From assembly GCA_025363715.1 (NCBI GenBank), contig JANYLR010000015.1, forward strand, positions 10,210 to 74,209: DNA of 64,000 nucleotides, written 5' to 3'. Positions 46,219 to 55,489 of this stretch are shown piece by piece. The notes beneath the pieces were generated by a model. The model was not told the DNA's origin and did not search any database. It saw only the letters and a program-made list of their open reading frames with translations. The stretch's first letter is position 1, and every line of letters starts with the position of its first letter. The translations under genes were made by a program, and so were the position numbers. Source of the stretch: Holophagaceae bacterium (GTDB lineage: Bacteria; Acidobacteriota; Holophagae; Holophagales; Holophagaceae).

Positions 46219-47568
46219 CTAGTGGACCGCGGCCTTCTCCTTCCGGTAGGACTCCGCCAGCAGCGAGATGTAGTGGGTGACCTTCTGTTCCTTGCCATGT
46301 CTGCTCACGTTATCCAGCAGCTGCATCATGCAGGCCGGGCAGCCGGTGGAAACGGTGTCGGCGCCGGTCTGGTTGATGTCCTGGGCCTTGTTCTTGCCTA
46401 GAGAGGCCGAGGTATCGTAGTGCGAGACCACGTACGAGCCGCCGCTGCCACAGCAGGTGTCGGGGGCCGCCATCTCCTTGAGCGTCACGCCTGGGATGCT
46501 CCGGATGACCTCACGAGGCTCTGCGGCCACCTTCATGGTCTTTTTTAGGTGGCAGGAGTCGTGGTAGGTGACCACGGCGTCCACCTGGCCCTTGGGCTGG
46601 CGGAACTGGATCACCTTGGTCAGGAAGGTGGAGACATCGTAGGTCCGCTTGGACCAGTGCTCCGCCTTGGCCTTGTAAACCGGATCGTTGGCGAAAAGGT
46701 CCACATAGTCGTGCTGCCAGGCCCCGCCGCAGGAGCCGCAGCCGGTGATCAAGTAGTCGCAGCCGGTGGCCTCGAAAGTATCGAGGTTGTTCTGGGCCAG
46801 CGTGCGGGCAGTCTCGATGTCGCCGTGGACCAGGACGGGGATGCCGCAGCAGTTCTGGGCCTTGGGCACATGAACTTCCACCCCGTTCTCGGTAAGCACC
46901 TCGATAAGGTCCATGCCCGCATCCGGGTAGAAGTAGTTGAGGGAATCGCCGGTGAAGAAGGCGGCCTTGACCTTGACCTCGGCGGGTCGGACGACTTCGC
47001 TCACCCGGTCCCGCAGGGGCGTCACGGTCAGCTCGGGCATCTTCCGGCCCGCGTCGAATCCGAAGCTGCCGCCCACCATGGCGAAGGGGGACCTGGGCGA
47101 GATCGCCTTCATCTTCCGATCGCCCTTGAAGGCGATGCCCTGCATGGAGGCGCCGGCCTTCATGGCCACATCGAAGAACTTGGGGTTCTTGAGGCCCGTG
47201 AAGATCATTTTCTTCAACCAGGGCAGGCCGTTCTTCCGGACCAGGGCCGCCCGGAAGCCCAGGGCAATCCTGTCGTAGCTGACCTTGGTCGGGCAGTTGG
47301 TCATGCAGGACTTGCAGACCAGGCAGTTGAAGATCATGTCCGAGACTTCGGGATCGTCCATGGACAGATCGCCCTTCATGACGGCCTCGGCCACGGCGAT
47401 CTTGGACCGGGTCACGGCCATCTCGTCCTTGTTTACGGAGTAGACCGGGCAGACGGCCATGCAGTTGCCGCACTTCATGCACTTGTCGAGCTCGCCTTGG
47501 ACGAGCCGCAGGTCGTCATGGTAGGTCGGCGCCGTGCAGCCGGCGTTCAGTGTCATCTCGCCGCTCAT
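46219..47568 (-). CDS. glcF: Glycolate/D-lactate dehydrogenase Fe-S subunit (GlcF-like)
   Basis: Two CxxCxxCxxxCP motifs; two CCG domains; VTYHDSCHL. Confidence 0.8.
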   Translation of the reverse strand: MSGEMTLNAGCTAPTYHDDLRLVQGELDKCMKCGNCMAVCPVYSVNKDEMAVTRSKIAVAEAVMKGDLSMDDPEVSDMIFNCLVCKSCMTNCPTKVSYDRIALGFRAALVRKNGLPWLKKMIFTGLKNPKFFDVAMKAGASMQGIAFKGDRKMKAISPRSPFAMVGGSFGFDAGRKMPELTVTPLRDRVSEVVRPAEVKVKAAFFTGDSLNYFYPDAGMDLIEVLTENGVEVHVPKAQNCCGIPVLVHGDIETARTLAQNNLDTFEATGCDYLITGCGSCGGAWQHDYVDLFANDPVYKAKAEHWSKRTYDVSTFLTKVIQFRQPKGQVDAVVTYHDSCHLKKTMKVAAEPREVIRSIPGVTLKEMAAPDTCCGSGGSYVVSHYDTSASLGKNKAQDINQTGADTVSTGCPACMMQLLDNVSRHGKEQKVTHYISLLAESYRKEKAAVH

Positions 47569-48965
47569 GCCACGGCCTCGGGCAGGGGGATCATCTTCCC
47601 GGGGTTCAGGAGGTAGTCCGGATCCAGGGCTTCCTTGATGGACCGCATGAGATCCAGCCCGCTCTGGCCCAGTTCATCGCCCAGGTACTTCATCTTGGCC
47701 AGGCCGATGCCGTGCTCACCCGACAGGGTGCCATCCAAGGCCAGGGCGGTGGCGAAGATCTCGTCAATGGCCAGGTGGACGCGGGCGGTCAGCTCCTCGT
47801 CGTACATGTTGTAGAGGATGGTCGGGTGCAGGTTGCCGTCGCCGGCGTGGCCGAAGGTACCGATGGTGACGTTGTACTTCTCGGCGATCTTTTCGCAGGC
47901 CACCAGCATCTCGGTGATCCGGCTGCGGGGCACGGTGGCGTCTTCCACGATGCAGGTATTGTCCAGGGAGGCCAGGGCCGGCAGGGCGTTGCGCCGGGCC
48001 AGCCAGAGCTGGTCGCGCTCGGCATCGGAATTCGCGGCCTTGTACTCGCAGTTGTTCTGCTTGAACACCTCGATGACGGCCTCGGCTTCGGTGTTCACGA
48101 GGTCCTGGGACATGCCATCCACTTCGCAAAGCAGCAGGGCCTTGGCCTCCACGGGCAGACCGATGTTCGCGAAGGCCTCCACGGTGCGGATAGTCTTGTT
48201 GTCCATGATCTCGAGGGTGGCCGGGATGACATGGGCAGCGATGATGCCCGCGACGGCATTGCCGGCATCCTCCAGGCTGCTGAAGATGCCCATCATGGTC
48301 CGGCGGAACTTGGGGGCCGGGATCAGCTTGCAAGTCAGCTGGGTGATGATGCCGAGGGTCCCCTCCGAGCCCACGAATAGGTTCGAGAAATCGTAGGCAG
48401 TGACGTTCTTCACGGTCTTGCCGCCGAACTTGACCTTCTCGCCGCTGGCCAGCACCACTTCCATGCCCATGATGTAGTTCTTGGTGACGCCGTATTTCAG
48501 GCCCCGCAGGCCGCCGGAGTTCTCGGCGGCGGACCCGCCCATGGTGGCGGTGGCCACGGTGCCGGGATCCGGTGGATAGATGAGGCCATGGCCAGCGATG
48601 GCCGAGTTGAGGGCCGCGATGACGACGCCGGGCTGGACCGTGGCAGTCAGGTTGGCGGGGTCGATCTCGAGGATCTGGTTCATCCTTTGGAAGGAGAGGA
48701 CGATGCCCTTCTTGAAGGGGATGGTGCCGCCGCTCAGGTTCGAGCCGGCGCCCCGGGGATAGATGGCGATCTGGTGGGTCCGTGCGATCTTGACGACCTC
48801 CTGGACCATCTCGCTGGTGGTCGGCATGACCACCACATCAGGAATCTGGTGGGGCATGTCCGCCGTCGCATCGTAGCTGTACGCCACCAGTTCGACCTTG
48901 CGGGTCAGCACGTTCTCTTGTCCGACCACGTCCTGAAGGCGTTGCACGATCGCCTTGTCTAGCAT
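47565..48965 (-). CDS. glcD: FAD-linked glycolate/D-lactate oxidase subunit (GlcD-like)
   Basis: PRGAGS.LSGG, YPPDP, GSEGTLG, GHAGDGNLHP, SGEHGIG, LNPGK. Confidence 0.85.
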   Translation of the reverse strand: MLDKAIVQRLQDVVGQENVLTRKVELVAYSYDATADMPHQIPDVVVMPTTSEMVQEVVKIARTHQIAIYPRGAGSNLSGGTIPFKKGIVLSFQRMNQILEIDPANLTATVQPGVVIAALNSAIAGHGLIYPPDPGTVATATMGGSAAENSGGLRGLKYGVTKNYIMGMEVVLASGEKVKFGGKTVKNVTAYDFSNLFVGSEGTLGIITQLTCKLIPAPKFRRTMMGIFSSLEDAGNAVAGIIAAHVIPATLEIMDNKTIRTVEAFANIGLPVEAKALLLCEVDGMSQDLVNTEAEAVIEVFKQNNCEYKAANSDAERDQLWLARRNALPALASLDNTCIVEDATVPRSRITEMLVACEKIAEKYNVTIGTFGHAGDGNLHPTILYNMYDEELTARVHLAIDEIFATALALDGTLSGEHGIGLAKMKYLGDELGQSGLDLMRSIKEALDPDYLLNPGKMIPLPEAVA

Positions 48966-49197
48966 CGATTTCTCCTCTTGTTGTTGGGATGGCTGTTGCG
49001 ACTGGTGGCTATCTTTGGTGACTTGGATGGGTAAGTTCCCTGGATTTCCACAGGCCCCCGGCGCCTGAATGCTGAATCCAGGACGACGGCATAGACAATC
49101 GATGGTGGTCTGGCGAGATTACGCATCGTTTGTCTAAGGGCGGAACTGCAGGTAGAGCATGGTCATTTCTGACCGAAGAGTCGATGATAATTATCAC

Positions 49198-49214
49198 ATG
49201 TGGTAAGACCACAT
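49198..49214. promoter_or_regulatory. FadR-subfamily (GlcC/LldR/PdhR-like) operator
   Basis: Perfect palindrome ATGTGGT-aag-ACCACAT upstream of the glcD-like gene. Confidence 0.65.
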
Positions 49215-49363
49215 AAAAACACTGAAAATCAAGGCATTTAGTATTATCTAACTTGCTGCTCCAGCCCCAACAAATGAAGGCTTCACCCCGACTTGCCCCC
49301 CGGTGCGACGGGGGCCCAAGTCGATCCCAAGCCTCGGGCCGCTGTCGGCGAGGCGAATCACCC

Positions 49364-49396
49364 AAAAAAGAAAAGGGGCCCGAGAAAGACCCCTTT
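49364..49396 (-). terminator. Probable terminator after malate synthase
   Basis: AAAGGGG..CCCCTTT stem with a T-rich tail on the minus strand. Confidence 0.5.
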
Positions 49397-49430
49397 CCTG
49401 ACGACCCCGAAGCACTCTCGGAGGTTTCCC

Positions 49431-51305
49431 TCAGAAGTCCAGGTTCTCGGTGATGCGCGTCCCGTCCTTCTTGAAGGCCTCCAGGAAGCGCGCGATGCGC
49501 TGCTCGGACACGGCCAGATCGTCCAGCCCGAGGTTGATGTTCAGCAGGTCCACGTACCAGGGAGCCTTGATGTCGCTCTGCACATAGGTTCGGGCGATGG
49601 CGCGGGCGATGGGCAGGGTGGTGTCCTTGGAGTCATCGTGGACATCCTTGTTGCGGGCCTTCCGGAGCTTGGCGTACTCCTCCTCCAGCAGGCGCGCGAA
49701 GAGCTCCAGCGTGAAGGGATCCCCTTCGGCGCAGTCCGTGGCGACGTCAGACTCGGTGAGGGTGGCGCCCTTGTGGATCCACTCCCAGAGGATGGAGAGC
49801 CGGATCTCGCCTGTGGCCATGTCCTCCATGAGGTAGAGCACATCGTCGTTGCCGAAGAAGTCCGCGGGCTTGAGGGCTGCGGCCTGAAAGCCCCGCAGGA
49901 AGGCGTTGCCGTACTGGAGGGCCACGGAGAGCAGGTCCCGGGCACCGGCGATGGTGCGTGGGGCCGGTTCCAGCAGGGTGAGTCCCGCAGCGTCCTCGGG
50001 CGTGTAGGTGAGGGCTGGAAAGGCGCGGCCCAGCTGATTGGCCTGGCCCACCTTTTCCCAGACCGGGCGGACGATGTGGACCATCTTCCAGTGGGCCACC
50101 CACTTGCCGGAGGCCCCTTCGCGCTGCTCGCGCTCGGCACCCGCCACGGCCTTCTTCATGCTCGCGGATACACCGGCCTCGGAGCCCACGGGAATATTGG
50201 GTTCCATTCCGCCCTGCCAGAGGGCGCAGCGGCCATGGCGATCCGGCGTATTCATGGCCCGGCGCACGCGGTCCTCGTAGACCCGCATGTAGCCGTAGGT
50301 CATGGTGATGGCCTGGATATTGGGATTCACGAAGGCCTGGTCCCAGGCCATGGCGTCCGAGACACTGTTGATGTAGTCCCAGCGGCCGGTGTTGAAGCCC
50401 ACGAAATGGGGCGAGAGCGCGGCGCGGATCTCCATGAGCTGGAAGCACTGCTCGATCTGCTCCACAAGGACATAGCACTTGATCGTGCCCACCGGCAGAT
50501 CCAAGTGGGCTTCCAGGGCCAGGATGAAGGTGTTCCAGCAGGCGGCATCCTCGGCGGTCTGGGTCTTGGGCAGGTAGAGGACGAGGCTGCGCCCGGCCGC
50601 TTGCAACTGCTTGTAGTTGTTCACCACGAAGGCCACCATGTCGGCGATGGAGGCGGAAAAACCGTGGCCGTCCAGACGGATGTGCCGGTCATCCAGGTGC
50701 AGGCCCCGGCAACGGAAGATCACGGTGGTGAAGTCCAGCTGCTGGCGCCAGTCCGCGATGATGGGGCGGCCGAAGAAGCCGTCGGCCCATTTGTTCATTT
50801 CGGTGGCGACCTCTTCAGCCACCTCCATGAAGAGTGGATCCCGGGCGATGGCGAGCTTGAGGTTGCGGTGGTTGTCCAGGGACATGGTGTCCACCTGGCC
50901 CAGGGCATCTTCACCGTCGAACATCCAGCCATCCGCGCCCGATAGCAGCGCGTAGGCCACGTTGCGGATGCCGGAACGCACATCGGAGCGGGGCTTGGTC
51001 GCTGGTCCCGTGCCCTGGATCCACTGGCGCTGGAGATCCGGCGGGATCACGGCGCCCGCGAAGTTACCGGACCGAGCGTCAGAAACCTTGATCTGGGTTC
51101 CCGGAATAAGGGACTCAGGGTCGAGGAAGCCGATGCGCTCGCCCATCTCGTGGCGGCGCTTCCGCAGCGCAGTGCGAGCGGCCATCCGTTCACGACGGCG
51201 CACATTGAGGGGCGCCAAAGCCTCCAGGGCACGCAGCACCTCCGGCGTGTAGACATCGGGGTAGTCAGCCTGAATCCCTTTCCGGAATTCGAGAGAAATG
51301 GTCAT
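49431..51305 (-). CDS. aceB: Malate synthase (A-like)
   Basis: ALLSGAD.WM.D.ED, YLPK, GTIK..VL.E, FNTGRWDYI.S, GGM, WVAH, LMEDMAT.EI. Confidence 0.85.
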   Translation of the reverse strand: MTISLEFRKGIQADYPDVYTPEVLRALEALAPLNVRRRERMAARTALRKRRHEMGERIGFLDPESLIPGTQIKVSDARSGNFAGAVIPPDLQRQWIQGTGPATKPRSDVRSGIRNVAYALLSGADGWMFDGEDALGQVDTMSLDNHRNLKLAIARDPLFMEVAEEVATEMNKWADGFFGRPIIADWRQQLDFTTVIFRCRGLHLDDRHIRLDGHGFSASIADMVAFVVNNYKQLQAAGRSLVLYLPKTQTAEDAACWNTFILALEAHLDLPVGTIKCYVLVEQIEQCFQLMEIRAALSPHFVGFNTGRWDYINSVSDAMAWDQAFVNPNIQAITMTYGYMRVYEDRVRRAMNTPDRHGRCALWQGGMEPNIPVGSEAGVSASMKKAVAGAEREQREGASGKWVAHWKMVHIVRPVWEKVGQANQLGRAFPALTYTPEDAAGLTLLEPAPRTIAGARDLLSVALQYGNAFLRGFQAAALKPADFFGNDDVLYLMEDMATGEIRLSILWEWIHKGATLTESDVATDCAEGDPFTLELFARLLEEEYAKLRKARNKDVHDDSKDTTLPIARAIARTYVQSDIKAPWYVDLLNINLGLDDLAVSEQRIARFLEAFKKDGTRITENLDF

Positions 51306-51518
51306 CGTAACCTCCGACGGAGCCGAGGAGGTCCACGGCCCCTGTTTCCCTGGGGTGTCCTATTGGTTGCTTTAGACATTCAATTTCCCTTCTCTGGCCG
51401 CCGGAAACCAGAGAATCTTTTCGATCCCTGGAATCGGAATCACTGATCGAGCGGTCGCCAATGCCCTCGCCCTGGGAGCATTTCGGGGGCCCTGGAGGAT
51501 CCAGGTACAATAGCCGAC

Positions 51519-52406
51519 ATGGATATCCGAACCCTATCCACGTTCAGCGTCGCCGCCCGCACCCTCAATTTCACGAACGCTGCCCTCTCACTGGGTTACG
51601 CACAGTCGAGTGTGACGGCCCAGATCAAGAGCCTGGAAGAGGACCTCGGGTCCGCACTCTTCAACCGCGTCGGCAACCGGCTGGAGCTCACGGAGCCCGG
51701 GGAACGATTTCTGGTCTTTGCCGAGCGCATTCTCGCCCTGACCCATGAGGCCAAGGCGTCTCTGCAGGATGATGCCGGGGTGGGAACCCTCCGGTTCACG
51801 GCGCCCGAATCCGTCTGCACCTACCTGTTGCCGCCGCTGCTGAAGGCCTTCAAGGATAAGTTCCCGCGGATCCATGTGCAGTTCCTTCCGGGCTTCGTCC
51901 GCGATTTCAAGCGCCAGGTGCTGGATGGCACGGTTGATTTCGCCTTCATCTTGGAAGAGCCCTTCCCCTCCAAGACCCTGGCGGTGGAGAAGCTCCGGGA
52001 CGAGGAGATCCTGATCGTGGCAGCACCTTCCCACCGGTTCGCCACGGCCCAGGGGATCTCCGCCCAGGACCTGATCGGGGAGGATGTCCTGCTGAAGGCG
52101 CTCGGCTGCAGCTACCGCAATCAGTTCGAACGGCAGATGATCGCCGCAGGGGCGCACCCGGGTCGCTTCCTTGAATTCCAGGGGGTGGAGACGATCAAGC
52201 GTTGTGTGGAGGTGGGCCTGGGCATCGCCCCCCTACCCCGAATGGCCGTCGAGGCCGAACTGCTGTCCGGGCGGCTGGTGGCGGTGCCCTGGGATGGTCC
52301 TGAGATCCGGATCTCGACATATCTGGTCTGGAACCCCGATCGGCATATGGGCTCCGCTGAAAAAGGCTTCTTGCAGCATGTCCGGGACAGGGTACCGATC
52401 CCCTAG
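51519..52406 (+). CDS. LysR-family transcriptional regulator
   Basis: LNFT.AA..LGYAQSSVTAQIK.LE.DLG..LF.R; divergent from malate synthase. Confidence 0.93.
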   Translation: MDIRTLSTFSVAARTLNFTNAALSLGYAQSSVTAQIKSLEEDLGSALFNRVGNRLELTEPGERFLVFAERILALTHEAKASLQDDAGVGTLRFTAPESVCTYLLPPLLKAFKDKFPRIHVQFLPGFVRDFKRQVLDGTVDFAFILEEPFPSKTLAVEKLRDEEILIVAAPSHRFATAQGISAQDLIGEDVLLKALGCSYRNQFERQMIAAGAHPGRFLEFQGVETIKRCVEVGLGIAPLPRMAVEAELLSGRLVAVPWDGPEIRISTYLVWNPDRHMGSAEKGFLQHVRDRVPIP

Positions 52407-52409
52407 GGG

Positions 52410-53555
52410 TCAGCGGCGCAGCGACAGCCCCACCTTCAACAGCCGGCAGACCCGCACCGCGGCGGCCTCCACCAGGGCCATGCCCTGCCCCATGCAGGCC
52501 TCCAGGCTCATGGGCTGGGGCACCACGCTGGCCAGGGCATCGATGCCAAGGCTCAGCACGTCCTCGGCGCCATCACCCAGACCCCCTGAAAGGCAGATCA
52601 CCGGGACGCCATGGCGCTTGGCCACGGCCGCCACGCCCACGGGGGCCTTGCCCATGGCCGTCTGGAAATCCGTGCGGCCTTCGCCGGTGAGGACCAGATC
52701 CACCCCCTGGACTAGGGCTTCGAAGCCCGTGGTCTCCAGCACGATGGCCACGCCCGGTCGCAGGCTCGCGGGCGTGAAGAACAGCAGTCCGGCACCCAGG
52801 CCACCCGCGGCCCCGGCACCCGGCAAGAGGGCGATGTCCCGTCCTGTGGCGACAGCGGCCGCCGCCGCGAAGACGCCCAGGGCGGCATCCAGCTCGGCCA
52901 CCATGTCCGGCGTAGCGCCCTTCTGCGGGCCATAGACTGCGGAGGCGCCACGGGCACCGCAAAGGGGATTGTCCACGTCGCAGGCCACCAGGATGGAGGC
53001 CTCCAGAAGGCGTGGATCCAATCCAGACACGTCAATCCGGGCCAGCCGTGCCAAGGCGGCTCCGCCTTCCGGCAGATCACGGCCCGCGGCATCCAGGAAG
53101 CGGATCCCCAGGGCCCTGGCCATGCCCGTGCCGCCGTCGTTGGTGGCGCTACCGCCGATTCCCACGACCAGTTTGTGGAGACCCGCATCCAGCGCGGCCT
53201 TCATCAGTTCACCCGTCCCAAAGGTGCTGGTGATGCGCGGGTCGCGCTTTTCCTTGGGCACCAGGGGCAGGCCCGAAGCCGCGGCCATCTCGATGAAAGC
53301 CGTGGCGCCATCGCCCGACACGCCCCACTGGGCGCGCACGGGGTCGCCCAGGGGGCCCCGCACCTCCGAATGAACCAGTCGCCCGCCCGTGGCCGCCACC
53401 AGAGCCTCGACCGTGCCTTCGCCGCCGTCGGCGATGGGGACCTTGAGCACCTCGGCAACCGGGAACACGGCGTGGATGCCGCGCTCCATGGCCTCGGCCA
53501 CGCCGAGGGCGGACACGCTGCCTTTGAAAGAATCCGGAGCCACGATGATGCGCAT
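52410..53555 (-). CDS. glxK: Glycerate kinase (GlxK/GarK family)
   Basis: IIVAPDSFKGS, ADGGEGT, GIGGSATNDGG.GM, ACDVDNPL.G, GAGAAGG.G, TGEGR.D.QT..GK. Confidence 0.92.
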   Translation of the reverse strand: MRIIVAPDSFKGSVSALGVAEAMERGIHAVFPVAEVLKVPIADGGEGTVEALVAATGGRLVHSEVRGPLGDPVRAQWGVSGDGATAFIEMAAASGLPLVPKEKRDPRITSTFGTGELMKAALDAGLHKLVVGIGGSATNDGGTGMARALGIRFLDAAGRDLPEGGAALARLARIDVSGLDPRLLEASILVACDVDNPLCGARGASAVYGPQKGATPDMVAELDAALGVFAAAAAVATGRDIALLPGAGAAGGLGAGLLFFTPASLRPGVAIVLETTGFEALVQGVDLVLTGEGRTDFQTAMGKAPVGVAAVAKRHGVPVICLSGGLGDGAEDVLSLGIDALASVVPQPMSLEACMGQGMALVEAAAVRVCRLLKVGLSLRR

Positions 53556-53592
53556 GGAATCATCCTTCCAAGAACGACAAGGGTAAAGCTGA

Positions 53593-53691
53593 GACAGGAT
53601 TAACAGGATTGGAAAGAAGGATGAACAGGATCAATAACCAGTTTCCTTCTTGAATCCTGTTAATCCAGCATTTCATCCTGTTAATCCTGTC
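53593..53691. repeat. 9-bp-periodic inverted repeat element
   Basis: GACAGGATTAACAGGAT..AGGATGAACAGGAT pairs with ATCCTGTTAATCC..ATCCTGTTAATCCTGTC. Confidence 0.8.
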
Positions 53692-53708
53692 CACCTCTTT
53701 TCAAACCC

Positions 53709-55334
53709 TTACGGTACGAGTCCCGGGAACAGGAAGGCGAAGGCCCAGACCATGATTCCCAGCAGGATCACGTACGGAATGGTGTACTTGATGGTCTGCC
53801 GCATGATCAGGCCTTCCTTGCCCGCCAGACCCACGGCGGTGGCGGCGATGACGATGCTTTGGGGCGAGATCATCTTGCCCGCGGAGGCGCCGGCGCTACC
53901 AGCTGAGGCCATCAGGATGTCCGAGAGCCCCATGCCCTGGGCCGTGAGCTTCTGCAGGTTGCCGAAAAGGGCGTTGGCCGAGGTGTTGCTGCCCGTGAGG
54001 AACACGCCGATGGTGCCGAAGAGCGGGCTCAGGAACGGATACACATGCTTGCTCACCAGGGCGATGATGCCGTTGGCCATGGTGGCCACCATGGAGATCT
54101 GCTTGGTGGCCAGGTCACCGATGACCGCCAGTTTGGTCTTGGGATCGATGATGGGCAGGGTCAGGTTCATCACTTCGGCGATGGACAGGATGCAGGCGAC
54201 GGCGATGAAGGAGGGAATCATCTGCTTGAAGGTCTTGCCGAACTGCTCGCCCATCACTGAGTACTTGATGCCCATGAAGGGGAAGGCGATGGCACCGGCG
54301 ATGAGCATGATCGTGCCGGGGCTCTGCAGCCAGGTGAAGGAGTAGAGCTTGCCGGGATTGTAGATCTGGGTCTTGAGGACGGCCCAGTTCCAGCCGGCGG
54401 CGGCGCCGCTGAAGAGGGGCTTGGTCTTGGGCAGGTTCACGGCGATGACCAGCACGGCCAGCAGCAGGTAGGGCAGCCAGGAAAGGAAGAGCTCCTTGAA
54501 GTGGAATTCCTTGGGCGCGTTGTCGGCCGGGGCGTCGCCCTCGAAGAGCCAGGGCTGGGCGTGCTTCTGGGTCTTCAGGTAGATGGCCACGGACACGAGG
54601 CAGGCGAGGCCCGCCAGCACGGAGGTGAGATCCGGTCCGATGAAATTGGACACGAAGAACTGGGTGATGGAGAAGCTGAGGCCGGCCACCAGGATGGTGC
54701 CAACGGCGCCCTTCAGGCCCTTGTACTTGGACATGGCGTAGACCGTGGCGAAGGCCATGATCAGGGCCAGGGGCGCCATGAAGCGGCCGGTCATCTGGGA
54801 GAGCTTCATCAGGTCCAGACCCGTGGTCTTGGCCAGGGTCACAGTGGGAATGGCGAGGGAACCGTAGGGCACCGGGCCCGTGTTGGCCACGAGGCACACA
54901 AGCGCGGCCATCATGGGGTTGTAGCCCAGGCCGATGAGAATGCTGGCGGGAATGGCCACGGGCGCGCCGAAGCCACAGATGCCTTCCAGGAAGGCGCCGA
55001 AGCCGAAGGCGATGAGCAGCGCCTGGGCGCGACGGTCGATGGTCAGGCTGGCCATGGCCCCCTGCATCTTGTCCATCCAGCCCGTGACCTTCAGCACGTT
55101 GTAGACCACCAGCGCGCCGAAGGGAATGTACATGATCGGGAAGAGGCCCGTGATGCCGCCCTGGAGGGCCGCCAGCAGGGTCACCTTCACCGGGAAGTGG
55201 AAGACGACGATGGCCGTGAGCACGGTCACCAGCCAGGCGACGGGCGCCACCTTCGCGGCGGGTTTCATCATCAACGGGATGCCGATGAGCAGGACGATGA
55301 GCGGCAGCGTGGCTGCGAGGGCCCCGAAATGCAT
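53709..55334 (-). CDS. L-lactate/glycolate permease (LctP/GlcA family)
   Basis: D.R.QALLI.F.FGAFLEG..GFG.PVAI, ANT.PV.YG, G.FLTGSNTSANALFG.LQ, GKMISPQSI. Confidence 0.92.
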   Translation of the reverse strand: MHFGALAATLPLIVLLIGIPLMMKPAAKVAPVAWLVTVLTAIVVFHFPVKVTLLAALQGGITGLFPIMYIPFGALVVYNVLKVTGWMDKMQGAMASLTIDRRAQALLIAFGFGAFLEGICGFGAPVAIPASILIGLGYNPMMAALVCLVANTGPVPYGSLAIPTVTLAKTTGLDLMKLSQMTGRFMAPLALIMAFATVYAMSKYKGLKGAVGTILVAGLSFSITQFFVSNFIGPDLTSVLAGLACLVSVAIYLKTQKHAQPWLFEGDAPADNAPKEFHFKELFLSWLPYLLLAVLVIAVNLPKTKPLFSGAAAGWNWAVLKTQIYNPGKLYSFTWLQSPGTIMLIAGAIAFPFMGIKYSVMGEQFGKTFKQMIPSFIAVACILSIAEVMNLTLPIIDPKTKLAVIGDLATKQISMVATMANGIIALVSKHVYPFLSPLFGTIGVFLTGSNTSANALFGNLQKLTAQGMGLSDILMASAGSAGASAGKMISPQSIVIAATAVGLAGKEGLIMRQTIKYTIPYVILLGIMVWAFAFLFPGLVP

Positions 55335-55489
55335 TGTCTACCTCCGGATAATCTGGACTGAACCATATAGGCATGCGAATCGATTACCAAGCAAAAAAAT
55401 GCATAGCAGCGCGAGGGCCAGCACCATAGGGCGCTGGCCCTCGAGAGAACACGCTGTGACAAGTAAATTTCCGTCTTACCCGATTTTGC

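Noticed and set aside
55405-55443. Sigma54 promoter TGGCCC-N5-CTGCT upstream of the lactate permease
   Set aside because: It overlaps a GC-rich hairpin that could equally be the tricorn gene terminator; the match is weak and no enhancer-binding protein is in the window.
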